A stretch of 64,000 nt of DNA, taken from positions 3,840,001 to 3,904,000 of the forward strand of contig OY764216.1 in NCBI GenBank assembly GCA_963668315.1, given 5' to 3'. The notes under the pieces were generated by a model. It was given only the letters and a program-made list of their open reading frames with translations, was not told the DNA's origin and ran no database searches. The DNA comes from Spirochaetia bacterium (GTDB lineage Bacteria > Spirochaetota > Spirochaetia > DSM-2461). A program made the translations under genes and the position numbers. Shown one piece after another: positions 29,497-44,257 of this stretch. Positions within the stretch are counted from its first letter, which is position 1; each line of letters starts with the position of its first letter.

Positions 29497-30876
29497 ATGG
29501 TTAAGACCGCGGCAGGGGGAATCTGCCGGTCAGCCCTGATATCCGTATCGATTCTCTTCACCGTGAATCCCCTCCTCCCGACCGACCTCTCCCCCCTCAC
29601 CGGCTTTCTCGGTCTTCTTGTTATGATTTCCGCCATTCCCCTCGTCAAACCGTCCTACGGAAAGCCCGCTCTGGTTTTCCTGATTCTCTCTTTCGGACTG
29701 ATGCTCCGCTACCATATCGCTCCGGGAATCCTGATTACGGGAATCAACTCCATGCTCTCCATCGTATCCATCATGACGGCCCTTCAGCTGTTTATTATCC
29801 CCATCAGAGCGGGCGGATATGACCTGGTTCTGGAACGGTACCTCAAGGGCCGCTTTTCCAGCGAGTCATCGCTCTATGTATTCATAAGCCTGATGGCCCA
29901 TATGGTGGGAAGTTTCATGCTCTTCGGCACCGTCCCCATGCTCTACGCTTTCTTCGGCAAACCCCTCAAAGAGATGGTTCGGGAACCGGACCGCTTTGCC
30001 GTTACCGCCATTGGCAGAAGCTTCACCCTGGCGACCCTCTGGGCTCCCGGAGCGGTCAGTGTCGTACTGACCCTGGAAAGCACGGGAGCCGACTGGATCA
30101 AGGTACTCCCCGTAGGTATCATCCTGGCCGTACTGGGACTGGTCACCTCCGTCGGGATAGAGTCGGCCACTGTGTTCAAAGGGAAAAAACTTGAAAAACC
30201 GCCCATGATTCACGGGGGAAACAGAAAAGAGGATAATCTCAAAATCATAACTCTTTTCCTCATCGCCGGTGTTCTACTCGGGGGAATCCTCATCCTCGAT
30301 ATGTACAACGTTCTTTCCGGTTCAGGCAGAGTTATCGCCGTGGGGGTAATAACGGCAGTCCTGTGGACGGCCGTACACCGCAGGGGAAATCATCTGAAGA
30401 CACATCTGGGGGAGTACTGGCATAAATCCTTAAGCGTCGTACCCGACCTGGCGGCTATGTTTCTCTCCATGGGCATCTTTACGGCGGTCATCCGGGAGTG
30501 TCCCTTCATGCTGTCCATTCAGGAGGGCATTCTCTCTCTTACCGGACGGTTGGGCCCTTTCAGTTTTCTCATACTGACTCCCTTTATCGTCCTTCTCTCC
30601 CTGACCGGGATCCACCCGTTCATAGGCGTGGTTTTTATGGGGACGCTTCTTTCATCGGCTCTGCCGGAACAGTCGACAATGATTGCCCTGGCCCTCCTTC
30701 TGGGGAGCGCCGTTTCCTATTCCCTCTCCCCCTTTGCAGGAAGCCTGATTACCCTCGCCCGGTTTGCCCGTTGCTCACCAGCGAAGGCGGCCTTCACATG
30801 GAACGGTCTGTTTTCTCTGATTTTCCTCGCGGAAGGTTTTGCCCTCCTTACGGGAATCGCCTTTTTATTCAGATAG
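29497..30876 (+). CDS. Integral membrane protein, possibly IT-superfamily permease
   Basis: About 12 hydrophobic segments; motifs LWAPG, GIHP, SPF. Start at ATG 29497 uncertain. Confidence 0.65.
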   Translation: MVKTAAGGICRSALISVSILFTVNPLLPTDLSPLTGFLGLLVMISAIPLVKPSYGKPALVFLILSFGLMLRYHIAPGILITGINSMLSIVSIMTALQLFIIPIRAGGYDLVLERYLKGRFSSESSLYVFISLMAHMVGSFMLFGTVPMLYAFFGKPLKEMVREPDRFAVTAIGRSFTLATLWAPGAVSVVLTLESTGADWIKVLPVGIILAVLGLVTSVGIESATVFKGKKLEKPPMIHGGNRKEDNLKIITLFLIAGVLLGGILILDMYNVLSGSGRVIAVGVITAVLWTAVHRRGNHLKTHLGEYWHKSLSVVPDLAAMFLSMGIFTAVIRECPFMLSIQEGILSLTGRLGPFSFLILTPFIVLLSLTGIHPFIGVVFMGTLLSSALPEQSTMIALALLLGSAVSYSLSPFAGSLITLARFARCSPAKAAFTWNGLFSLIFLAEGFALLTGIAFLFR

Positions 30877-30916
30877 GATAGCAGAAATCGTCGCCTTTCC
30901 CCGGCCCGGAGATGGA

Positions 30917-31477
30917 TCAATCGATAGTTTTAATGATTTTCGCCGGAATTCCTCCGACAACGGTATTCGCCGGGACATCCCTGTTTACGACGGCCCCGGC
31001 GGCGACAATGGAATTTTCCCCCACCGTTACTCCCGGCAGGATTGTGACTCCCGCACCAAGCCAGGCGTTTCTCTTAATCACAACGGGCTTGACTTCGAGA
31101 GCTTTCCTGTTGTTCTTATCGATGGGGTGGCCTTCGGTTATCAGATTCACCTTCGGCCCGATAAGGACATCATCCTCTATGGTGATCCTTCCCAGAGTCA
31201 GCATGGAACAGGCATGGTTGATATAGATATTTTTTCCCAGCGTGACAAATTCACCGTGATTCACCATAAGAGGAACCTGAATATAGCTTGTGGGATCCAT
31301 GGCTGTTCCGGATATCTCCCCCCAGATACGGCGCAATTCATCGGGATCGGATGTGCTGTTATATCTCAGCAGGAGTTCCAGAGTCCTGATTCCCGATTCT
31401 CCCACCAGGGAGTATTGAGGATCGCTGAAAGGGACCACCTCCCCCGCCTGCATTCTCTCAAATATATTTCTGTCCAT
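30917..31477 (-). CDS. Sugar O-acetyltransferase (hexapeptide repeat, Maa/LacA-like)
   Basis: [61 protein letters not shown] before ATG 31477. Confidence 0.9.
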   Translation of the reverse strand: MDRNIFERMQAGEVVPFSDPQYSLVGESGIRTLELLLRYNSTSDPDELRRIWGEISGTAMDPTSYIQVPLMVNHGEFVTLGKNIYINHACSMLTLGRITIEDDVLIGPKVNLITEGHPIDKNNRKALEVKPVVIKRNAWLGAGVTILPGVTVGENSIVAAGAVVNRDVPANTVVGGIPAKIIKTID

Positions 31478-31627
31478 AACATCCTTCTTTCTATAAAAAA
31501 GAGGATAGAAAAAGTTTTCACCGCTGTCAACAATAGGGGGTCCCATCTTTCTCTTCTCCCCCGTTTTGTTGTATACTCCTCACCTGAATCAAATCTGAAA
31601 AAATATTTCACCCTGGAGATTAAATCT

Positions 31628-31954
31628 ATGAAACTTAAACCGGAAGTACAAAAGGAAATCCAAACGAAACAGGAAAAGCGCCTGAAGAGCGTTCTCAAGC
31701 TCCTGTCCGGTTCCGATAAAAGGGCCCTTACCGCATTCCTCCAGTCCGGCCAGGCGCCGGGAAGCAAGGCGTTCAAGGACCTCAAACCGAATGTTCAGAA
31801 AATCGTTTTGAAGCTGAATATCGAAAATATCGATATCGTTATCAAACATACGGCCAATCCCTTTACCCGATGGCGTTTCAAATTGGCCAGGTTCTCCTAC
31901 CAGAGCTTACTGAAGAACACGGCCAAAGAACAGGAAAAATCAAAAAAACGCTGA
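31628..31954 (+). CDS. Small basic hypothetical protein (108 aa)
   Basis: GGAG SD, then MKLKPEVQKEIQTKQEKRLK...; Lys-rich. This is the 3' part of the 371-aa track ORF. Confidence 0.65.
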   Translation: MKLKPEVQKEIQTKQEKRLKSVLKLLSGSDKRALTAFLQSGQAPGSKAFKDLKPNVQKIVLKLNIENIDIVIKHTANPFTRWRFKLARFSYQSLLKNTAKEQEKSKKR

Positions 31955-32107
31955 CCATCCGTTGATAGACAGCATAGAGTCCGCTTTCTCAATGACAAGG
32001 ATATAGAGATATCCGAGGTAATAAAAACGACTTTCACGGGCGGGGACTTGCCGGTGAAACTTATTTCATGACATAATAATTTATTGGTACCCACAAAGAG
32101 GTAAATA

Positions 32108-33112
32108 GTGGATAAGCTGCGCATTTTCAGTATAGGAAATATTCTTATTGATATCCTGGCGGATGTCACCGACGGGGAGATAGCCTCTCTTGATCTGGAC
32201 AAGGGCATCATGAAGCTGGTGGATGACGGGGAAAGAAAGAAAATTCTTGATTTCCTCAAAGAGAGGAAATGCGAGTATAACTGCGGCGGTTCCGCCCCCA
32301 ATACGACAATCGCCCTCTCCGGACTGGGCGTGGCCTGCGGATTATCCGGGAAAGTGGGAGACGATGAACTGGGAAGGAAATACATAAAGCGCCTTCAGGA
32401 GCAGGGTGTCCGGTCCTATGTCTCTTCCGGAAAGGGGCACACGGGAACGAGCATTATCCTTATTACTCCCGATTCGGAAAGAACCATGAATACAAGCCTC
32501 GGCATCAACAGGGAGTATTCCCTGAACGAGCTGAATGGCGAAGCCATCGGTGAAGCGGACTATTTTTACTTCACCGGCTACATGTGGGATACCGATTCCC
32601 AGAAAACGGCCCTTCTCGAAGCCATCAATACCGCCCGCATGAACGGCACGAAGATAGCCTTTGACCTGGCCGATCCCTTCGCCGTCAGCAGAAGCAGGGA
32701 TGATTTTCTCAGTATGATTCACCATCATTACGATATCGTCTTTGCCAACCGTGAAGAAGCGAGACTGCTCTTCGACAGTCATTCCGTTGAAGAATCCGTT
32801 GAGAGACTGGCCCACCTCTGCGAGATTGCCATTGTCAAAGACGGCAGCAACGGCTCTTACGTCGCCTCCGGCGGCAAGGTATGGAAAATTCCCGTGTTCA
32901 AGGTGGATGCCGTAGATTCCACCGGGGCGGGAGACACCTATTCCGCCGGTTTTCTCTACGGCCTGACCCAGGGCTTTTCCCTGGAAAAATCCGGCCTCTT
33001 TGCCTCCTGGCTGGCATCCAGGATCGTGACGGCCAAGGGAGCCCAGTTTACCGGCGGGATGATGTCCGAAATCAGAAAAGCCTTGAGAGAGGGAACCTGG
33101 GAAAGAGATTGA
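32108..33112 (+). CDS. PfkB-family sugar/nucleoside kinase (adenosine kinase-like)
   Basis: GGSAPNT, GKVGDDELG, ERTM, FANREE, DSTGAGDTYSAGFLYG. Confidence 0.9.
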   Translation: MDKLRIFSIGNILIDILADVTDGEIASLDLDKGIMKLVDDGERKKILDFLKERKCEYNCGGSAPNTTIALSGLGVACGLSGKVGDDELGRKYIKRLQEQGVRSYVSSGKGHTGTSIILITPDSERTMNTSLGINREYSLNELNGEAIGEADYFYFTGYMWDTDSQKTALLEAINTARMNGTKIAFDLADPFAVSRSRDDFLSMIHHHYDIVFANREEARLLFDSHSVEESVERLAHLCEIAIVKDGSNGSYVASGGKVWKIPVFKVDAVDSTGAGDTYSAGFLYGLTQGFSLEKSGLFASWLASRIVTAKGAQFTGGMMSEIRKALREGTWERD

Positions 33113-33143
33113 GGATTATGGAAGGACAGGCCGATACTGTACT

Positions 33144-33749
33144 ATGAACAGGAGAACGGCAACATTATTCATACTCTTCATCGGAATGACTCCCCTTCTT
33201 CAGGCCTATGAGGAGGAGGGAATCGCCTCATGGTACGGCCCCGCGTTCCAGGGGAATAAAACGGCGAACGGGGAGATTTTCGATACGGAAAAATTGACGG
33301 CCGCCCATAAAACCCTTCCCTTCGGCACCGTGGTGAAAGTAACCAATCTCAATAACGGTCAGACCGTCATGGTCAGGATAAACGATCGCGGCCCCTATGT
33401 GGACGGCCGGGTGATCGACCTCTCCCGCAAAGGGGCGGAGGCCATAGGCATGATATCATCGGGAACGGCGCCGGTCAGGGTGGAGACGGTTGATCCCCAG
33501 GTGGAAGCCATCGACTATTCCGCTCCCCTGACCTTTACGATTCAGGTTGCTTCATTCTCCGATCTGGCTAACGCCCTCAGCCTGAAAAAGAAATTATCAG
33601 ACGCGGGATATACTCCCACGGCGGAACTCTCCAATGAAGGAATGACGCGGCTCTCTATAAAAAATATCCCCGCCTCCCGCTGTTACGACATCGTAAAAGA
33701 CCTGGAAGGCAGGGGAATTACGGGACTGGTGATCAAGCAGAACCGCTAG
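33144..33749 (+). CDS. rlpA: Septal ring lytic transglycosylase RlpA family with SPOR domain
   Basis: GIASWYG..F.G.KTANGE, TAAHKTLPFGT, VRINDRGP....RVIDLS; C-terminal IQVASFS..NA. Confidence 0.92.
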   Translation: MNRRTATLFILFIGMTPLLQAYEEEGIASWYGPAFQGNKTANGEIFDTEKLTAAHKTLPFGTVVKVTNLNNGQTVMVRINDRGPYVDGRVIDLSRKGAEAIGMISSGTAPVRVETVDPQVEAIDYSAPLTFTIQVASFSDLANALSLKKKLSDAGYTPTAELSNEGMTRLSIKNIPASRCYDIVKDLEGRGITGLVIKQNR

Positions 33750-33753
33750 GATT

Positions 33754-34938
33754 TTAACCGATACTTTCCAGCCAGTGGCGGATTAGCTTGCCGCATTTGT
33801 TCTCGTTGATTTTAACAACCTTGAACTCTCTTTCGGCGCTCTCCGGAGAATCGGAGGCATGGGCCGTATTCACCATGACATCATGGCCGAACTCGCGCCT
33901 GACCGTACCGCCGGGGGCTTTTGTGGGATCGGTGGGTCCCAGTACCTCGCGGATTTTCTGTACCGCGTTCTCCCCTTCATAAACGACAAACATACATTTG
34001 ACCCTGCCCGAATCGTCCCTCTCTTCCAGGGGACACTCATCGGGACGGCGTCCGGTCATGAACTCCACGATCTTGGAAAACTGATCATAGGCGTAGGCAT
34101 CGCCGAACTCTTTCTTAATAAGATCGGCCGTCTCTCTGGAGAGATTCAGCTCGAAGGACTCCTCGAGGGATGCCACAGCCTTGGCTCCTATGGAAGGTCC
34201 GAGTTTTTCCTTAAGGGTTTCCTCTACGGCGCCGTAAAACTCCAGACCTTCGTTTACGGACATCTGATAAATCTTGCAGCCCACGATCCTCAGACCGGTG
34301 CGGGAAAACATATCCAGAATCGTGCCCGGACGGCTCGAGGGATAGCGCCAGTTGTCCGGCTTGATGATGACGAGAGTTTTCTCTATCTTCTCGGGATGGG
34401 GATAAACCATATTGCGAACAATATTGTCGGCATTCTCGATGGCGGAAGCGAAAATTTTCAGGTTATGAACAGCCACTTCCTGGTTGGGAGGAGTGAGAAC
34501 GGCCGGTTCAATATAGATGGGATAATCGGGATTATCCCTGTCATAGATAAGGTCGGCATAGGTATCCCGGATCGTTTCGCCCGTAATGGACTCAACACCC
34601 CGGTTCTCCGAAAAGAGTGCCCCCGTAACATCGGTCAGCTTACGGCAGGCGTCCTTACCTCTGAAGAGAAATAAGGCCACACGGTGAGGCCTGTCCTCGG
34701 GCATCATGTTTCGAATAATATAATCGGAAAGGAGCTTACCGCTCCCCGGTTTCCTGGGATTGTTAAAACGGATCATGGATTCCGCGTAGGCTTCTACGGT
34801 TTCCTTGCTGGGAGTAAATATCTGCGCCCCGATCAGCTCAAGATCGACGCGGGATAAAAGACGGGACAGCACACCGCCTGTTCTTGATTTGGCCAGAGTA
34901 TAGGGAGTGGCCAGGACATAGGATAATTCTTCAGTCAT
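33754..34938 (-). CDS. ndk: Nucleoside-diphosphate kinase, long tandem-domain form
   Basis: C-domain EKTLVIIKPD...GENAVQKIREVLGPTDP..A.GGTVRREFG....NTAHASDS. NDK-like N-domain lacks the HxSD motif. Confidence 0.85.
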   Translation of the reverse strand: MTEELSYVLATPYTLAKSRTGGVLSRLLSRVDLELIGAQIFTPSKETVEAYAESMIRFNNPRKPGSGKLLSDYIIRNMMPEDRPHRVALFLFRGKDACRKLTDVTGALFSENRGVESITGETIRDTYADLIYDRDNPDYPIYIEPAVLTPPNQEVAVHNLKIFASAIENADNIVRNMVYPHPEKIEKTLVIIKPDNWRYPSSRPGTILDMFSRTGLRIVGCKIYQMSVNEGLEFYGAVEETLKEKLGPSIGAKAVASLEESFELNLSRETADLIKKEFGDAYAYDQFSKIVEFMTGRRPDECPLEERDDSGRVKCMFVVYEGENAVQKIREVLGPTDPTKAPGGTVRREFGHDVMVNTAHASDSPESAEREFKVVKINENKCGKLIRHWLESIG

Positions 34939-34945
34939 ACAAATT

Positions 34946-35029
34946 CCTTAATGCAGACCTCCCCCTTGGCTCTGGGGGAGGAATAAATTCATTAAGGTGT
35001 AGAATAACGGCAAAAGTGTGACTTGGCAA
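34946..35029 (-). promoter_or_regulatory. ndk promoter and SD-sequestering leader hairpin
   Basis: TTGCCA-17 nt-TATTCT. Leader pairs CCTTAATG/CATTAAGG and CCTCCCCC/GGGGGAGG. Confidence 0.6.
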
Positions 35030-35072
35030 GTGTGGAAAGGACAATTATGACAAGGTTGTACCAGATTTCGTA

Positions 35073-35705
35073 CTAATTAACCAGTTTATTACGAAACAGC
35101 TCGCCCCCCTGAAAACCGGCCATGGCCTCATCAACCCTTTTTTCCGTTTCACCCATGATCCTGAGAAGCTCCTGATCGGCCTGCAGCTCTAACTCGGTAA
35201 TCATATGCCCCTTTCTCTCCTCGTCATAGCTTTTAATGAACGTACGGTTTTTCTCGCCGGGAAAAAGAAGGCTGTACTCATAGTAAGAGGAGGCGCAGAG
35301 ACGCTCATCGCAATAGTAGAAATACACAAGGCTGTTACGGACGGCCTTGTCGGAACGCTGGAAATAGTAGCTCACCCTGACCAGGGGATGAAAGTTATCA
35401 TCATAGAGATAATAGTAGTAGTAAAGGGGCTCCCGCGACTGAAAGGTCAGCGCCTCGGTCATGATACCCGACTCATTCAGGTACACCACCGTATAGCTGC
35501 CCATGGACAGGGCTTCCCTTTCGGTCATGGGATGATAAAAAAGCGGAGCTTTGTCAAAGCTGTTGCCGTCGATCATATAGAAGAAATCTTTCCAGTATTC
35601 CTCCTTGGCATAAAGATGAGAGGTTCCGATTACCGCCAGCAGGATAACGGTTAAAATCAGCCGTGCTTGTACTGTTGCCGAACCGGGACGCTCTCCTATG
35701 ATCAA
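35073..35705 (-). CDS. Exported Tyr-rich hypothetical protein
   Basis: 210 aa with a signal-like hydrophobic segment. 4-nt overlap with the aminotransferase stop. Confidence 0.55.
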   Translation of the reverse strand: MIIGERPGSATVQARLILTVILLAVIGTSHLYAKEEYWKDFFYMIDGNSFDKAPLFYHPMTEREALSMGSYTVVYLNESGIMTEALTFQSREPLYYYYYLYDDNFHPLVRVSYYFQRSDKAVRNSLVYFYYCDERLCASSYYEYSLLFPGEKNRTFIKSYDEERKGHMITELELQADQELLRIMGETEKRVDEAMAGFQGGELFRNKLVN

Positions 35706-37036
35706 TCACCCCTCTCCGTTACCCAGCGGGCCGCTTCGGCCATCATATCAAGGCTTTTGAGGATATGTTCCGTGCTTTCAAAACCATAGGAGAGGCGCAG
35801 AGAACGGCTCCCCTTCTCTCTCAGTTCCCCCCGGGGAGAAACACAGAAATCACCGGGGATATAGATGACCCGGGGTTTCTTCCCCCCCTCGGCCATATCT
35901 AGGTCTTCATCTCCCGTGATCCTGTTGAGCCACTTGAAAAAAGGGCTGTCCTCACCGGTTTTGATATCACGGAAGGTAAGGTAGAGATAAAATCCGGCGG
36001 AGCCGCCGATACACTCCTCAAGCCAGGGGCCCAGTTTTTCCCGGACAGCGGGCTGGAGTATCTCCGCCTTCTCCCTGTAGCCGCCGTTGACAAAATCAAG
36101 CTGCTCCTCGAGCTTATGGTCCAGCAGCCAGGAGGCGATATCCTGATTGATAAGGGGGGCGGAAAACCCCGCATCGTTGGTTTTCTGGATGATGCCGTCC
36201 AGCAGGATGCCCGGAGGGGCGATGAGATACCCCATGCGCAGGGCGGGGGCCAGCACCTTGGAGAGGGTTCCGATCTCGTAGATGATCCCCATTTCGTCAA
36301 AGAGCATGCCGGAAAGGGGCTTCTCCTGTTCGGGATCATGGACCAGATCCTCGTAAGCCTTGTCGAATATCACCGGAAGGGGACGGTCTCTTCGGCGGGA
36401 AAATTCCGTAAATATATCGACGATTTGCTTTCTCCTCCCGTTGGAAAGGATGGAGCCGGAGGGATTGTTAATGGTAATAATATAGGCGTAACTGACCCTG
36501 TCGGCGTCCAGATCGGGAGAAGCCAGCAGAGCCTCCAGTTTTTCGGGGATCATACCGTCCGCGTCTTCCGGAACGGTAAGGACTTCAAAGCCTTTCCTTT
36601 CGAGATACTCCGTGTAGATGTAGTACATCGGCTCGGCGGTAATAACGATACCCCGGGCCATGACTTCTGAAAAAGCCTCCAGAAGATTGGTGGCGCCGTT
36701 GGCTCCGATGACAATCTCCCTTTTGTCCATAATTTCCCGGGTCACCCCCCCGACTTTCTTATTCACGTAGTAATTCTTAAGAGAAGCAATGAGATGGGGC
36801 GATCCCTGGGCACTTCCGTAATTCAGAGACTGTCTGTAGGCGCTCTCTTTGCTTATCACTTCCCTGTAGGCTTCCCCTATGGTGTCGGCGGGAATGGTAT
36901 CCTCGTTGACGTAGCCCACGCCGAGGTTTATATCAATTCCGTCACGGAAATCAAGGGCAAACTGACTGTTCATCCGGCTCACCGGGGCCGGAATCAGGCT
37001 CTTCCTTCCGTATTCGGACAGGTTAATCTCTTTCAC
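35702..37036 (-). CDS. PLP-dependent aminotransferase class I/II (LysN/MocR-like catalytic domain)
   Basis: INLGVG, NYGSAQG, NNPSG, FDKAY, GTLSKVLAPALRMGY (PLP Lys), LRLSYG. Confidence 0.88.
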   Translation of the reverse strand: MKEINLSEYGRKSLIPAPVSRMNSQFALDFRDGIDINLGVGYVNEDTIPADTIGEAYREVISKESAYRQSLNYGSAQGSPHLIASLKNYYVNKKVGGVTREIMDKREIVIGANGATNLLEAFSEVMARGIVITAEPMYYIYTEYLERKGFEVLTVPEDADGMIPEKLEALLASPDLDADRVSYAYIITINNPSGSILSNGRRKQIVDIFTEFSRRRDRPLPVIFDKAYEDLVHDPEQEKPLSGMLFDEMGIIYEIGTLSKVLAPALRMGYLIAPPGILLDGIIQKTNDAGFSAPLINQDIASWLLDHKLEEQLDFVNGGYREKAEILQPAVREKLGPWLEECIGGSAGFYLYLTFRDIKTGEDSPFFKWLNRITGDEDLDMAEGGKKPRVIYIPGDFCVSPRGELREKGSRSLRLSYGFESTEHILKSLDMMAEAARWVTERGD

Positions 37037-38208
37037 TGGATGTACTCCTCTTCTTCTCTCATGATTATTAATTCTCCCGCCTCTTCGCGGGTTCGCAAAT
37101 AGTCCAGAAATTCTTTGGTCATTTCCTCGGCATCGGACCGTCTGATCGGCCCCAGTAGAGCCGATTCCTCTTCCACGAACTGCCGTCTCCTCGTGGAAAG
37201 ATTCTGAAGGATACGGTTCTGTATCTCCTCTTCCTTGCCCCGGAGAAGCCGGGCGATATTTTTCTCGGAAAAATCCAGGAGCACTTTCTGCAGATCCTCA
37301 TCACGCATATGGAGGACCGCATCGATAGTCAGAAGCTGCTCCTTGATCTCGTCGGACAGGTTTCTGTCTTCCTCGGCCAGATCTTCCAGGATTTTCCGTT
37401 CCTCCGCGAGGGGCATGTATTTGAGAATACTGGCCAGCTTTCCCCGGCCGTCCATCTCAAGGGTTTCCATCCGGCCCTGTCTGTTTAAGCGGTCCATCAG
37501 GGTCTCTTCCATCAGGGAGAGGGTCTTTTTGTCGATTTTCTGCATGTGGGCCATCCTGAGGATAACCGTTCTCTTCATATCCCCGTCAAGGGACCGTAAA
37601 ATCTGACCCGATTTCTCCGCCGGAAGGGAACTCAGCAATACCGACAGGACCAGAGGAGACTCCTCTTTGACAAGATTTAAAAGCTGGGGCAGTTCCACAT
37701 CCGCCAGGAAGGAAAAGGGGGCGGGGCGGGATTCGGGCACGGCTTTTTCCAGGATTTGCTTCCCCTTCTCGCTGCCGAAGGCCGCATTAAGGATCTCCCT
37801 GGCCGTTCCAATACCCCCGGCGGAACGATCGGGCCGCACCTTTTTGAGAAAGCCGAACTCCTCCAGGATAGCCTGGGATTCAACGGCATCCACCCGGGAA
37901 ATGGAGGCGATGCGCGAACAGATGGCCTCTACATTCTCTTCGGGAAGATTTTTCATGATACCGGCCGCTTCTTCCTTTCCCAGAAGCATAAGGAATTTGG
38001 CCGTATGGTCCAGTTTTTCATCAAGATTGTCCGGAGCGCCGGATTTTTTCAGAAGGCCCTGTTTTTTCTGGATTTCCTCAAGGAAGCGGTCGCCCCGGCC
38101 CTGGGGAGCATCGGGCACAGGATTTTCCTCGGCGGAATCTTTACCGGTGGGAGGATTATTGATTTTCATATCCTGTACTTTCTTATATAGATCGATGCCT
38201 CTCGCCAT
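37033..38208 (-). CDS. fliG: Flagellar motor switch protein FliG paralog (FliG1-like)
   Basis: AKFLMLLG.E.AA, GGI..AREIL..AFG, PFSFL, ESP, RMA, C-terminal torque-domain-like NLSTRR...E...LGPIR..D.E. Outside any flagellar operon. Confidence 0.85.
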   Translation of the reverse strand: MARGIDLYKKVQDMKINNPPTGKDSAEENPVPDAPQGRGDRFLEEIQKKQGLLKKSGAPDNLDEKLDHTAKFLMLLGKEEAAGIMKNLPEENVEAICSRIASISRVDAVESQAILEEFGFLKKVRPDRSAGGIGTAREILNAAFGSEKGKQILEKAVPESRPAPFSFLADVELPQLLNLVKEESPLVLSVLLSSLPAEKSGQILRSLDGDMKRTVILRMAHMQKIDKKTLSLMEETLMDRLNRQGRMETLEMDGRGKLASILKYMPLAEERKILEDLAEEDRNLSDEIKEQLLTIDAVLHMRDEDLQKVLLDFSEKNIARLLRGKEEEIQNRILQNLSTRRRQFVEEESALLGPIRRSDAEEMTKEFLDYLRTREEAGELIIMREEEEYIQ

Positions 38209-38254
38209 AAACCCCTCGAAATATATTATAACAGCCCCGAAAAGAGGTCAACCC

Positions 38255-38298
38255 AAAAAATAACCCCCGTCCCAGAGAATTGGGAACGGGGGCATATT
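38255..38298. terminator. Hairpin terminator downstream of gltD
   Basis: CCCCCGT-CCCA...TGGG-AACGGGGG preceded by an A-tract (U-tract on the minus strand). Confidence 0.7.
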
Positions 38299-38312
38299 TC
38301 GGGGCTGTAATC

Positions 38313-39730
38313 CTATTTACTTAAATACTCATCCACCGCGTCGGCGGCGCAGCGGCCGTGATTGATCGCCCGCACGACGAGAGAAGCACCGGTCATGGCG
38401 TCTCCCGCGGCAAAAACACCTTCACAGCTGGTCTGGTAGTTATTGGTTACCACATTTCCCCGGCCGTCAAGTTCAAGGTTCAGATCATTGACGATAGGAC
38501 CGTGCTCCAGGTGGACAAAACCCATTGCCAGAAGGACAAGATCCACATCGAGGGAGAATTCACTTCCCGGAACGGGTTTCATGTTGAACCTTCCGTCCAC
38601 ATTTTCCCACTCCACCTTCTTCATGTTCGCCTTGCAGACCCTACCGTCCTTGCCTTCGAAACTGTTTGTGTCCACAAGCCAGTCCTGCTCGCAGCCTTCC
38701 TTATGGGAGGAGGAAACCCGGAGGATACGGGGCCATTCGGGCCAGACCGGATTCCAGGATTTGTCCCACTCCATGGGCTTGGGCATGATCTCGTACTGAT
38801 ACACCTTTTTGGCGCCCTGGCGAATCGATGTTCCCACGCAGTCAGAACCGGTATCACCGCCGCCGATAACCAGAACGGTTTTGCCCTTGGCTGAAATTTC
38901 CTCCTGGGTCACTTTCTCGTTGAATGATCTTTTAGCCGACTGGGAAAGGAACTCCATGGCATAATGAACGCCCTTGAGATCCCTTCCCTCCACGGGAAGG
39001 TTCCGGGGAGCGCCGGCTCCCACGGTAATCAGGACAGCGTCGAAACGGTTCTTGATATAGTTGATGGAAATATCCTTTCCAATCTCCACTCCCGTTTCAA
39101 AATTGATGCCTTCCTGCTTCATCAGCTCAAGACGCCGGTCAATGACGGTCTTTTCCATTTTGAAATTGGGAATACCGTAGCGCATCAGGCCGCCGATATG
39201 CTTGTCCTTTTCAAAAAGAGTGACCGTGTGTCCCATTCTTCTCAGCTGCTGGGCGGCCGCCATGCCCGAAGGGCCTCCCCCGATAACGGCGACGGTCTTA
39301 CCCGTTTCCACCAGAGGAGGATGGGGCACGACCCAGCCCTCTTCGAAGGCTTTTTCAATAATAGCCAGCTCGATCTGGTTAATCGCCACAGGGGCGTCAT
39401 TAATACTCAGCGTACAGGATGTCTCACAGGGCGCGGGGCAGATCGTTCCGGTAAATTCGGGGAAATTGTTGGTAATTTCCAGCCGCTCGTAAGCCTCTTT
39501 CCACTGTCCCCGGTAAACCGCGTCATTCCATTCGGGAATGAGGTTTTCCACGGGGCATCCCAGGTTATGGCAGAAGGGGGTACCGCAGTCCATGCAGCGG
39601 GCGCCCTGCTCCTGGAGTTCTTCCACCTTTTTGAATATGCGAACCTGGTTATAATCCTTAACCCGGTCCTTTTTATCCCGATAGACGAATTCCGATCTAT
39701 CGAATTCTGTAAATCCCAGTACTTTTCCCA

Positions 39731-39731
<1 letters not shown>
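38313..39731 (-). CDS. gltD: Glutamate synthase small subunit
   Basis: CMDCGTPFC...GCP, NNFPEFTG.ICPAPCE..C, GGGPSG, GGGDTGSDC, GASLVVRAI. Confidence 0.97.

Positions 39732-44257
<4,526 letters not shown>

Noticed and set aside
30839..31627. N-terminal about 260 aa of the 371-aa plus-strand ORF
   Set aside because: It is antisense to the O-acetyltransferase; only the part from ATG 31628 has an SD.
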